A program made the translations under genes and the position numbers. The notes below the pieces were generated by a model. The model was given only the letters and a program-made list of their open reading frames with translations, did not search any database and was not told the origin of the DNA. DNA of 64,000 nt, taken from NCBI GenBank assembly GCA_965644315.1, contig CBFFRQ010000053.1, positions 612,662 through 676,661 on the forward strand, in the 5' to 3' direction. The stretch is from Caecitellus pseudoparvulus (lineage: Eukaryota > Protista > Bigyra: Bicosoecida). How positions within the stretch are numbered: position 1 is the stretch's first letter; each line of letters begins with the position of its first letter. Below are positions 36,687-48,600 of the stretch, piece by piece.

Positions 36687-39600
36687 TCAGTCCCCTCCGT
36701 GCCAAAAGTGAACAACGCCCTCCACTTCGTCTTCCCTGCAGGCAGCCGCCCGCAGAGCAGCCTGCAGCTGTTCCACAGACACCGGGCTGCCGGCAGGGGG
36801 CTGTGCCCCCTCGCCCATCACCTGAGCCGCGTCCCCCCTCACCAGCCCGTCCACAGCCACGAGGCTGTCCCCCACGGCCACAACACCTGCCGCCGCCCTG
36901 TCATTGTGCAGGGCGATAACCCTCCCATCTCGAAACTCCGCACCCAGCCGCGATGCCGGTGCCTGCACACGCACAAGCTGCGCCGGTGCCGACGCCGCAG
37001 CCAGCGCAGCGGCGGACAACGAGGCAGAGGGGGGTCCTGAGTGCACTGCTGGTGCACTGCTACCTGCCAGGGCACTGGGCTGGCCTGCTCCTGGAACTTG
37101 TACAGGCGCAGGCGCCACAACCAGAGCCTGAACCCGGCGCAGAGTGGAGGTGGGCCTGGACACTGTGGGGGCTGTGTCGGGTCCCCTCAGGAGCAGTTGG
37201 CCGGGCCCACCCCCTCTGCCCGCCACGTCTTCACCGGTGCGCTCCCGGGGGTGTGGTGCAAGCGGAGCCAGGGTGATGTGAATGCGCGTGTGCTGCACTT
37301 CGTAACAGGTGCCGCTCTCCAGGGCGCCTGCTGGGCTTGCACCCGCAGCGGTAGCCGCCCTATGCGCAGGAGACACCTCGCATGCTTCTGACACAGCCTC
37401 ATGGGGAGCGCCACCCCTCTGTGGGCCCTCTCGCCAGGGTCCTGTGCCGCCTGGTCCGACAGGCGCCAGGTTCACTAGCCGCGGGTCAGCCGCCGACACG
37501 ACACTCCTGCGCATGCTCACGCCCGCATACGCGATGCCGCGCCCGAACGCAGCTGCCTCCGTCGCCTCCACCCTGAAGTGCCCTGGCACAGGGCCAGGCC
37601 CCGGGCCCCGCTGGGCAGGAGTGGTCACAGCTGACGCCTGTGCCGGCGGGGCAGGCACCAGCACATGCACCTTCCCAGCGCGCGGCGTGTAGAGTGTCAG
37701 GGACAAGGGCGGCAGCGACGCAGCCGAGGACTGTGCCAGCCGTCCGAGGCTCGCTGACTCGACTGGGCCATCGAGGTCCGTGCCCGGGGCCGCCCCTCGC
37801 TCTGCCGGTGCTTCAGAGGGGGCGGCTCCGGGAGCGTCAGGAAGTGGCAGCCACGCCACACGCATGACTGGCGGGACCTCACGCCCCGCCTGTGCGCCTG
37901 GCATGAACCACACATCGCTCCCACGCGCCATGGGCACCTCTCCGCCCCTCTGGGGCAGTGCAGCTGGCCCCGGGCCGCGTGTGGCAAGAGTTGTGGTGGG
38001 GTGGGCTGGAGGCGCAGGGGCGGGCGCCAGCAGCGCCACTCGCCCCCTCCCCCGCCCAGTGGACGAGAGCAGCCCGAGGCCTGCCAGGTCCAGGGCCTGC
38101 ACTGTCCCTGTGCGGGGCAGGTGGACCTCCGCTGCCTGAACCTGCACGCTGGCAGGCATTGACATGTCGCCACGCCTTGCTGGCGCCGTGACGGCGGCAG
38201 CGGCGACTGGAGACGGCACAGGCACCTCCACGACTCCTCGTGGAGAGGATGGCTGCACCTCCTGTGTCAGGCTCAGCTGCGCCCCCAACTGCCTGCCGTG
38301 TCGCACGCTCGGTGGAACCTCTGCTGCTTCCGAGAGGTGAGGCTCAGGCGCCGGGCCTGTCTCTGGCAGGCCTGTGCATGGTGCAGCTGCAGCTGGAGCA
38401 GGGGGGGGCATACTTGTGACCCGCGCAATTTGGTCGGGATTGGCGGCGAGCTGTGGCTGGCTGGAGCCTGCTCTGCGGTGCTGGGGAGGCACCTCCTGAG
38501 GCTGGCCAATGACGCCCTCAGCCGCATCCGGCACGCCTAAGGCTCGCAATGTGGCGAGGAGACCACCTCCCATGGCAGTGACGACAGCGTGTGCCGCCAC
38601 AGCGGGCGGCGGCGCGATGGTGACGCTACGTCGGGCAGCTGGGCGCCGCACCGGCCGCGCCGACTGGATGTCGATAGCGATGCTGGTTCGGTCAAGGCGG
38701 CCTCCTCGCTGGTGACGGAAAGGGCGAGGGGCGCTCACGCTGCGCGAGGTGCTCCCATGAGCCGCTGTGGAGTCTACAATCGACACCCGGACACTAGCTC
38801 CCCCCGAATCGTGCGCCAGGAAGATGCGAGGTGGGCCGCCTCCACGCTTGGCAACAGCTGGGGACTCCTCCACGATGGAGCTGAGTGTCCGCCTTGAACT
38901 CTGGGGTGCCGACATCCCAGGCTCAGCACCATCCACTACCACTGCACTTGGGGGCGTGGAGTGCAGTGGCCCTTCCTCCTCGGGTGCAGAGGGCGTCGCG
39001 CCCGCTCTTGGAGAAGAGTGGGTGAGCGCTCGCCGCAACGCCCCGCTGCGAGCGGCGCGAAGCAGCACGGACCAAGCTCTGCTGTGAGCACGAACGCCGC
39101 TGGCAGGGCGTGAGCTCGCGGCTTGCTCAGGCAAACTGGCATGGGGGGCCAGGAGTTCGAGTATGTCCTTGCCATACCGCTCCCGCAGGTAGTGCCTGGC
39201 ACACCGTTGCTGGAGCAATACCTCCGCCGTGATGGGTGGAGCGTGCACCTTCCCTTTCAGGAGGTCCTTGACTGTCGTGGTGGGGGGGCCTTGGGGCGCA
39301 GCACCTGCCTTGCGCGGGCCTGGCACGAAGTGCTCGGCGGGGCCGGCACCGAAATTCCCGTGGGGTTGTTGCGACGACGGCGCAGCGAGACGAAGCGCTC
39401 CCGCTCGACCATCTAGCATCATACGGCTGCCCGCCACTGACTGGTTGGCTGCCTCGCCGCCTCCTTGGGTCCTGCTTGCCACCTGCAAATCGTCGGACTC
39501 GTCCTCTGCAGCTGCTGTGTCGAATTGGTGCCCCTCGGCGTCCAAGTCACTCGCTGCAAAGACTACTTCTTCCCCACTGCTGCTCGTGGCACGCACAGAA

Positions 39601-42600
39601 GTGGACAGAAGCCTGTGCGGAGACTGCCCCGCTTGAGGCGACCCGCCATCGTTCCCGACCGCCGGCACCTCACCACGTTCGGAACTGTGGCTTTGGGCAC
39701 GGATGTCCTTTGACCCCGGTGCTCGTCCATGGATGTGCCTTTGCATCGCGTAGAACGCCCTTGCCACTTGTCGTCGCAGCCAGGCCACCATGCCACCCTC
39801 ACGGCCCGCGTGGAGGACTGGCGTGCTTCCCAGAGCCACCAACGCCTCATGACTCTGCAAGCCTGTCGCCCTTCCAGACGCCCTTAACAAAGTGAGGTGT
39901 TCCATCCGAGCCGAAAGGCCTCTTGAGTGTGGGCCTTGGCGACCCCCAAGCCCCAGGCAGTACACACCACAGCCCGGCAGCCAAGCCACAGCAGGCGAAA
40001 CTGAAGGACGCAGAACAAGGGACCAAAGCATTGAGAGCAATATGAGGGCTGGGTGAATCAACAGAAAAACGACAGCCTGTGTTGTACAAAACGTCTGCAC
40101 GTACGATAGGAGCACGCCGGGGCCGCGGGACAGGCCGAACAGCAGGATAAAGGAGAGCATTAAGGCATGAGCGCAAATGACACCCAACCACGCCAAGGGT
40201 GTCTCCCAGCCAAGAAGCCAACTAATTGGCCTCCCGGGGCCATCAATATACACACAGCAATGGGCAGAGGCCAGTTGGCGCAAAGCAATTGGAGGCAGCA
40301 GTGTACAACATTGACAGACGTAACGCATGGAGCCCTCCTGATCCGGCTGCCACTGGTGTGCCAGTGTTGACGTTGAGCTGGCAGAGGTGGTAGAAACAGC
40401 AACGGGTGAAGTTTGCCGGTCGATACCTTCGATACTGTGTGCCTCTGCTTCCTGGACTGCGTGCCCGACGAGAGGGTACCGCCTGCACCATGCCTTCACC
40501 GCAAGTTTCTGCAGGGACCTTGCAATAAGTGCTGAGAGTGATGGGAAAGCGACAGCATGCTCGGGATCAACGCGGCAGCAAGCACGGCTTGAGCTGCGAA
40601 TCTCCTCTCGACGAAGCGCCCACCTCGCTCGCATGCGCTGCGCAGTATCGGGGCCAACTTTGTCCAAAATAACAGCTTCCTCGATGCTACCAGGCGCAGG
40701 CGGAGCCACACGTGCGGCAGAACCCGTCCAGCAGCAGCCCCAAGGGTCAAAATCTGCCTCCCGAGACACGCGGACCCATTCCGCTCGCTGGCTTGGATGC
40801 CTGCTGCAGGCCTGCACACACACAGTGAAGTTTTCAAGACAGCAGAGCGGGGCATCAAACCATCCGTACAACAGTTCATCTTCTGTATCCACATCGCTGT
40901 CGTTGGGGTGCAAGATTGAATCCGGCGCAGGAGCCGGTGCTGCGCAATGAGAGAGAGGAATGGACACTCGCCCTCCACATGCGTCAACGTCAAGCCGCAA
41001 TTGGTGAACGAGATGGACTTCTTTCTCACCCTCTGGGTTCGGCGAAGTTGACTGCAAGCTTTGCGAATCGTCAAACTCCCGCTCCCAGCCACTAGTAGCA
41101 GAAGCAGCACCCTGAGATATACCTTGCTCACTCGCATAAACGGAGCGTGAGCGAGAAGGAAAGTAAAGGTGTTCGTCTGAAACTTCCCGCGCGAAGTGTG
41201 GCTGTTGGCGTGCCTCCTCCTCAAATGATTTGCGGGCGGCAATCTCTGCTGCGAGGGCGGGGTGCGCATTCGCGAACTCTGCACTCGCAGCAAAACTCAA
41301 GCACCATGAAACGAGAAGCGAGAATGGGATCTGCACTGCAGAAGATATCAACCCAAGCAGCAGGAGTTCATACCACACGGGTTCCTGTCCTTCCACGACT
41401 CCTGCTGCGTCAAAAACGAAAGCCGCAGCTGCAAGCGCAGCGACCAACGACGTGAACAGCACAGTAAGCCGCTTCGGACGAGAGAGCCTCGGATCAAACC
41501 GAAAGCAGAGCGACAGAATCGGATGCTGGAACACAAGCCGGAGCAAACCAGCTCTCCAAAAGAGCGACGCAGATCTGTTGGCCAGCTGCTGTTGGCCTTC
41601 TTTTCGCACAGCTCGGTCTTCGGTGAGAACGCCATCGCTTCGTTCAGGGTGTACACAGTCTTTTCGTGCCAGATAAAGGTCATGTTCACATGTTCTGCTG
41701 ACGTTTGATCCAAGGGAGCTCAATCGACTCACTGACGACGTGATCCCGCCCAGAGAGGCTGCCACTAGTTGATCAAGCCCTGTCAAGGTATTTTCCTCTG
41801 TCGGCGCCGCCACCCTGTCACCCATGCGTGTGCCACGCAGCTCAATGCACGGAATGCACGTTTGCCTAGCCCAATCGTAGTGCTCGCGTTGATCTACTCT
41901 TTCGTTTCCCACATTCCAGCCGTCTGCCTTGTGCTGCAGTCCACGGCTGCGCAGTGTAACCCGCTCCATGTTCCTCACCATGGTGACTTCTTCGTCCTCA
42001 GCAAGTGCTGCCAGAAAGTGCTTGTGTTGGAAACCATCCAGCACGATGCCAAGAGCGAGCAAGCCGACGAAAGCAACGGCCAGGGCGGACAAGAGGACAA
42101 CTACGTAAGTTTGGTCGGCCAGAAAGGCACTGTCCGATCCCCTCCCCCCCCCGACCGGACCATTGTCCTCCCCACCCTCAGTGGATGTCGAGTTGCCCTG
42201 TACTTCATCATCGTCATCGGGACTTGGCTCTCGCCGCTGCCTGGCTGTGGCACCAGAGAAGGTTGTTTTCAACCCAGAACCGATCCGGGCGAAGCGACTG
42301 GAAAACGCTGTCAAGTGATCGCAAGCGCAGGACAGGTGTGTTGCGTTCACAGCATAAGCCACACAGCCCTCCGTCTCCCATGAGCTGTTGCCTGGGTCAA
42401 ACCATGCGCATGCAGCGGTAATGGCAGCTGCAGGGCAAGTCACAGACACATTTCCACGAGCCATATCTTCTGTGCAAGTCACGTTCACTGTCCCAAGGGG
42501 GCATGCAACCTCAAGAATAGCAGACCCGCTGCGGTATGGATCCAACCAGGCAGCATCCTCCGAGCCGCCTGCCCACCAAGCCTCACTCGCATTGTCGGGG

Positions 42601-45600
42601 CAAGTCACCACATGCTGAGCTGCAAGCTCGCCCAAATCCTTTGAACGCAAGATAGAGTGAACCCCAGCAGGAGGTGGGCTCGATGATAAGAGCCTTGCTT
42701 TTAAGTCGCCCGATGTAAGGGTGTCTAGAATGGAGGCTTGCCTCTCTGACAGCTCTCCAAATGCACCTCGAGCCCCCACCTCTGGGCACAGGGGGACACT
42801 CAGCCTGGCTTCCTCCGACATCAAGGTGTCCTTCGTGCAACTCGTCCCACGCCGTCGAGCGCTGTCAGCATAGTGCACCAGCGGCAGCTCAAGCATGTCG
42901 CGCTTCAATCCCACGAGCGGAAGGTGAATGTACGCAAGCCCGGACCTTGACGGAGGTAGGTGCAAGCTCTGTGAGCTTGACTCGCCTTCCGAACTACCTC
43001 GCACAAGGGTGACGTCTGTCACGAACGATGACAAAGGCTGTGCAGCTGCACTCAGTGTCCCGTTTTCCCTTGCCACAAATGGATCGCCAGGGTCAGGCAG
43101 GGCCGTACAGAAGGGACGGCTGCGGAACTCCGCGAACAACAGCGCGACGGAGTTCTCAGTGCCATCATAGGAATCAACAAACCCGGAGTCAAACTCAAAC
43201 GCAGCCCGCTGGGTATTCACTGGCCGCGTCATCATATCTGAAAGATCACCGACATGGCAGGCTTCGACCGCTTCTGGTGCGATGCCGGAACCGGGCACCA
43301 GAAGCACTCCTCCAGATCGGGCACCTTGCCGAAGTGAAACAACCTGCCCTTGCACAGCCACACCGCCGAAATTGCTAGATGGGCAAGCAATCGAAGAAGA
43401 ATCTGAAATGGAACTCACCATCAATGGCCCTTCGTTCGCCAATGCCCCAGCCGTCATGGAGGCAGCGATCTCATGCACCAAACTTGCCAGCTGTCGCAGG
43501 GTGTCACTGGAGCAGCTTCGCGAGGAGAACTCAGCCTCGAGAGCAAGCTCAGCGTCCTCTACAGCTCTCTTGGAGGGTCTTCCCTTGGAGTGCTGCCCAA
43601 CCCAGCTGCGCAATAGACGCTTTGCTTGCAACAACCTGGAAGTCTCTACAGCACTGTCCGCATCGATAAGCTGACTGGCAACCTGGAGCATGGAAGATGC
43701 GATGGGAAGCGAGGAAGTGACCTGGTCTTGCCCGTCAGCGGATACGAGCAACGAGCGCACAATCGAATGGGACACGTTCAATAGCGAAGGTGAGACCTCC
43801 TCAGGCCTTGCTGTGACTTGTGCAAGACCACTGAGTGCAACGGCTCGCATTGTGTCATCAACAACTACCAGCTCGAGCCCAGCCTGAACCGCGCGGCCGA
43901 GGCGCTCTCGAAGTTCAGCACGCTCTGAGATGGGGTCTGGTCCCCCTTCGTCTTCTAGCTGGCGCCTGACGGGAGGGGTCAATTCCTCGCTTCCCTCCAA
44001 CCCCTCCAACCCCTCAAACTCCAGAAATGGAATGTGCCTTCTGACTACAGCAACGTATGGGTTGCGATCACCGCTCAAAAATCGTGGCGCAGTGGTGCCG
44101 CCCAGGCTGCGGCGTGCTTGGCGACTACTCGCCGAGCCAAGAAGCCCAGCCAGAGAAGAGACTGCGGCCATGGACTTGGCCCCGTTTCCTTCAGCAAGGG
44201 CCTGAGTTGCTGAGCCAACCTGATCGGAAACGAAGGAGACCGCTGCAAACTCAGGGTCTTCCCCGTCCTCCAGTGGCTGCGAGGCTGTCACTCGAACGAA
44301 CGATGAAGCCGTTGAGCCCAGACTATCCTCCACGTACAGCACCACTGTCACAAGCGACTGAGGGTGGGTTGAAATCGGCAAAACAGTAGCAATCGAGTTA
44401 TCTTGCGACTTTGCACCGAGGGGGGTGCCGACAGCTTTTGCGAGCAGTTCTTCCTGACTCGGGATGCCCCCAGAGGGATCCACCCAAAACGAATACCTGA
44501 GCGGCATGTCTTCTGGGTCGTCCACCCACCTCAAAGCCCGGAACCTAAAGGTGTCCTTCAGCGCCTTTCCTGTTGACCTGGCCGATTCCAAGAATCCTGC
44601 CGAAGGGGCTCTGTTCGCAAGCAAGAATACCCGTGTTGATCCTCCCAACTGGGGATGCTCCGCTGAAGTAGCATCGAGTCGCAAGGTGTACGCAGCGCCC
44701 GGAGTCAATGCTCCTGCCCGCAGTGCAACCCGAGCTTGGTCTAGTGGAGTCGAGAACAAGTCTCCTGCGGTTGTGCCGCCCACATCTCCAGCTTCCACAT
44801 TCCACTGGAAAACAAACTGGGAGCCTAGAGCGCTGTCTGAGAACGACGCGGCACCAGAGAGTACCAGCCTCGTCGACACATCAACTTTGAATGCAGTTCC
44901 AGAAGCAGATGGCACCAACAAGGTGCCTGCGGGTTGGCTCACAGTCACCCTTGGCACAGCTCCAGCGAGAATCGTGTAAGTAGCAGATGTGTACGCCCAC
45001 TTCCATGTCTGCGAGGAATCAAACAGAAGCACCGAAGACACATTCACTCCGACTTCCAAGTCTTGCCCTTGGTACTCCCCCAAAAGCACAGGTGAGACTG
45101 AGAACGCATCAATGGTGGAAAGTCCGGCAAATTCACCGGCGGGCAAAAGCTCTGAACAGGACTTGCCCGTCGAGCGCACCCGACAGGACCACTCAAACCA
45201 GTACTGGTGTGAGGCGCCAGCAGGTATACCTGAAACCCCCGACACACTCGGGCTAATGTCAGGATCAAACGATCTCCCAGCAGAAACCTGAAGCGGTTCA
45301 AGGACACCTGCAGTTCGACTACCGCCTTCAATTACAGGGACAACCGCTTGCTGGGAAAGTGAAACTTCAGCAATGGCAGCTGAAGACAGATGCTCAGTGG
45401 CTCCCAAGATGGAAGCAGTCACCTCAAAGCTGTAGCTAGCCCCAACAGCGAGCAACTCGCCCGCAGGTATCCTGACTGCTCGAGGATCGGGCAGCTGCAC
45501 AAATGACACCTGAGAAGGACCAGACACCTGGCGCCAAGAGTACTCCAAAGGGATCACGGCATCAGCCATACAGCTTGGCGCAGAACCCACAGCAGACAGA

Positions 45601-48600
45601 ACCAGCTCCCGCGACCTTGGTGTTTCCTTCGATCTCCCTCCGAATATCTGCACCGCTGGAAGCTGCGCAGCAGACACAGAAATGGTCACAAGCTGTCGCT
45701 GAGCCGCGAGGCTGGAGGTCAGCTGAAAGAAGTTCGTGGCAATCAGGTTGATGGTGTACTTTCCCCCAGGCTGAAGCTTCTCTCGAGGGAATGACACTGT
45801 ATCAGAGTTTGATGTGGTCGCATCAACCAGGGCAGCCATGAGGTCTTGTGCGCCAGAGCCACCAGCACCAGCTGCAACATCAAAGTGCGTGGCTTCCCAG
45901 CGAAATGACAGCGGCCTGCCTGCGCCCCCGGTACTCAAACTTGCATCAATGTACAGATCATCACATTGCCCCAAGCGCTGTGCGTACTTGACCACGATAG
46001 TCGGTGCCACGGCATTCAAAGGCGCCTCGGTGAAGAAAATTCCCGAGGCAGCCTCCGAATACCCTCCCGCCCTGCGAACCTTCTCTGGCAACAGGTCAAG
46101 CTGCTGGCCGACGGGGAGCAGTGCGCCTGCCCCCAAGGACACCATGACCTCCCGCTGAGATGCCCAAGCACAGAAAGCACCATCTCCAAGCATACGATCC
46201 AAGGCGAAGTGACCAGGAGTCACCCCAGCTGCCTCGGCTTCTTCCTCGAGCGCAGCAGTGCCCAACGGCAATTCGCTGAAGACTTGTTCAGACGCAACAC
46301 TGACAGAAAATAAAGCAGAGCAAGGAAACTTCCCTCCTAAACCTGCTTGGTCAGTATCGTCACCAAAGCTCACAACAACACGTGCTCCAATGCTGTTGAA
46401 CACAGCCCGGCCAAGGTGAGGTGCAGGCAACAAGTTGCTAGGAGATGGAGTTGCGGATGAGGTTGGGGTAGCGGATGAAGTTCGTGTGGGTGATGCACCT
46501 ACAGACTGCGTCGGAGCTGAGCTGGCGGAAGAGCTTGGAGTTGCCACTGCCGACACAGAGACTGTGCCCGACGATGTGGGGGTAACCGTGCCGGTACGAG
46601 AGGGAGACACGGATCTTGAAGGAGAACGACTGGCCGTTCCAGAGCTGGTTGAAGATGGTGTGCCTGTGATTGTGCTTGTAGCTGACGGTGTCACCGATGA
46701 AGATGGTGTCACAGACGCCGTTCCAGAGGAAGATGAAGTCGGGCTAGATGAAGGGGACCCCGATGCAGTCTGAGAACTTGAAGGAGTTGGCGATGCAGTT
46801 CTAGACGATGAGCTAGTCATGGTACTTGTTCCAGTAGACCTCGAAGAAGGTGACGACGATGCTCCAAGGGATACTGACGAAGTCCTTGTGGGTGACACAG
46901 AGGAAGTAACAGACGCGGTAACACTTGAAGACGAAGTAGGGGTAGAAGTCACTGACGCTGAAGAAGTCAAGCTTGATGTGCCGCTCACACTCGGCGTCCC
47001 GCTCACGCTGGACGTCGCCGTACCGCTCACACTCGGCGTCCCGCTCACGCTCGACGTCGCTGTGCCACTCACACTCGGCGTCCCGCTCACGCTCGACGTC
47101 GCTGTGCCACTCACACTCGGCGTCCCGCTCACGCTCGACGTCGCTGTGCCACTCACACTCGGCGTCCCGCTCACGCTGGACGTCGCTGTACCGCTCACAC
47201 TCGGCGTCCCGCTCACGCTCGACGTCGCTGTGCCACTCACACTCGGCGTCCCGCTCACGCTCGACGTCGCCGTGCCGCTCACACTCGGCGTGCCGCTCAC
47301 GCTGGACGTCGCCGTACCGCTCACACTCGGCGTCCCGCTCATGCTCGACGTCGCCGTACCGCTCACACTCGGCGTCCCGCTCACGCTGGACGTCGCCGTG
47401 CCGCTCACACTCGCCGTGCCGCTCACGCTCGACGTCGCCGTGCCGCTCACACTCGGCGTGCCGCTCACGCTCGACGTCGCCGTGCCGCTCACACTCGGCG
47501 TCCCGCTCATGCTCGACGTCGCCGTACCGCTCACACTCGGCGTCCCGCTCACGCTGGACGTCGCCGTGCCGCTCACACTCGGCGTCCCGCTCATGCTCGA
47601 CGTCGCCGTGCCGCTCACGCTCGACGTCGCCGTGCCGCTCACACTCGCCGTGCCGCTCACGCTGGACGTCGCCGTGCCGCTCACACTCGGCGTGCCGCTC
47701 ACGCTCGACGTCGCCGTGCCGCTCACACTCGCCGTGCCGCTCACGCTGGACGTCGCCGTGCCGCTCATGCTCGACGTCGCCGTGCCGCTCACGCTGGACG
47801 TCGCCGTGCCGCTCACACTCGCCGTGCCGCTCACGCTGGACGTCGCCGTGCCGCTCACACTCGGCGTCCCGCTCACGCTCGACGTCGCTGTGCCGCTCAC
47901 ACTCGGCGTCCCACTCACGCTCGACGTCGCTGTGCCACTCACACTCGGCGTCCCACTCACACTGGCCGTCGCCGTGCCGCTCACACTCGGCGTCCCGCTC
48001 ACGCTCGACGTCGCTGTGCCACTCACACTCGGCGTCCCGCTCACGCTGGACGTCGCCGTGCCGCTCACACTGGGCGTGCCCGACACACTCGGGCTCCCGC
48101 TCACGCTCGCCGTGCCCGACACCGTGCCAGACGCCGTCCCACTCGCACTGGCCGTCGCCGTACCGCTCACACTGGGCGTGCCCGACACACTCGGGCTCCC
48201 GCTCACGCTCGCCGTGCCCGACACCGTGCCAGACGCCGTCCCACTCGCACTGGCCGTCGCCGTACCGCTCACACTGGGCGTGCCCGACACACTCGGGCTC
48301 CCGCTCACGCTCGCCGTGCCCGACACCGTGCCAGACGCCGTCCCACTCGCACTGGCCGTCGCCGTACCGCTCACACTGGGCGTGCCCGACACACTCGGGC
48401 TCCCGCTCACGCTCGCCGTGCCCGACACCGTGCCAGACGCCGTCCCACTCGCACTGGCCGTCGCCGTACCGCTCACACTGGGCGTGCCCGACACACTCGG
48501 GCTCCCGCTCACGCTCGTCGTCGCCGTACCGCTCACACTGGGCGTGCCCGACACACTCGGGCTCCCGCTCACGCTCGCCGTGCCCGACACCGTGCCAGAC

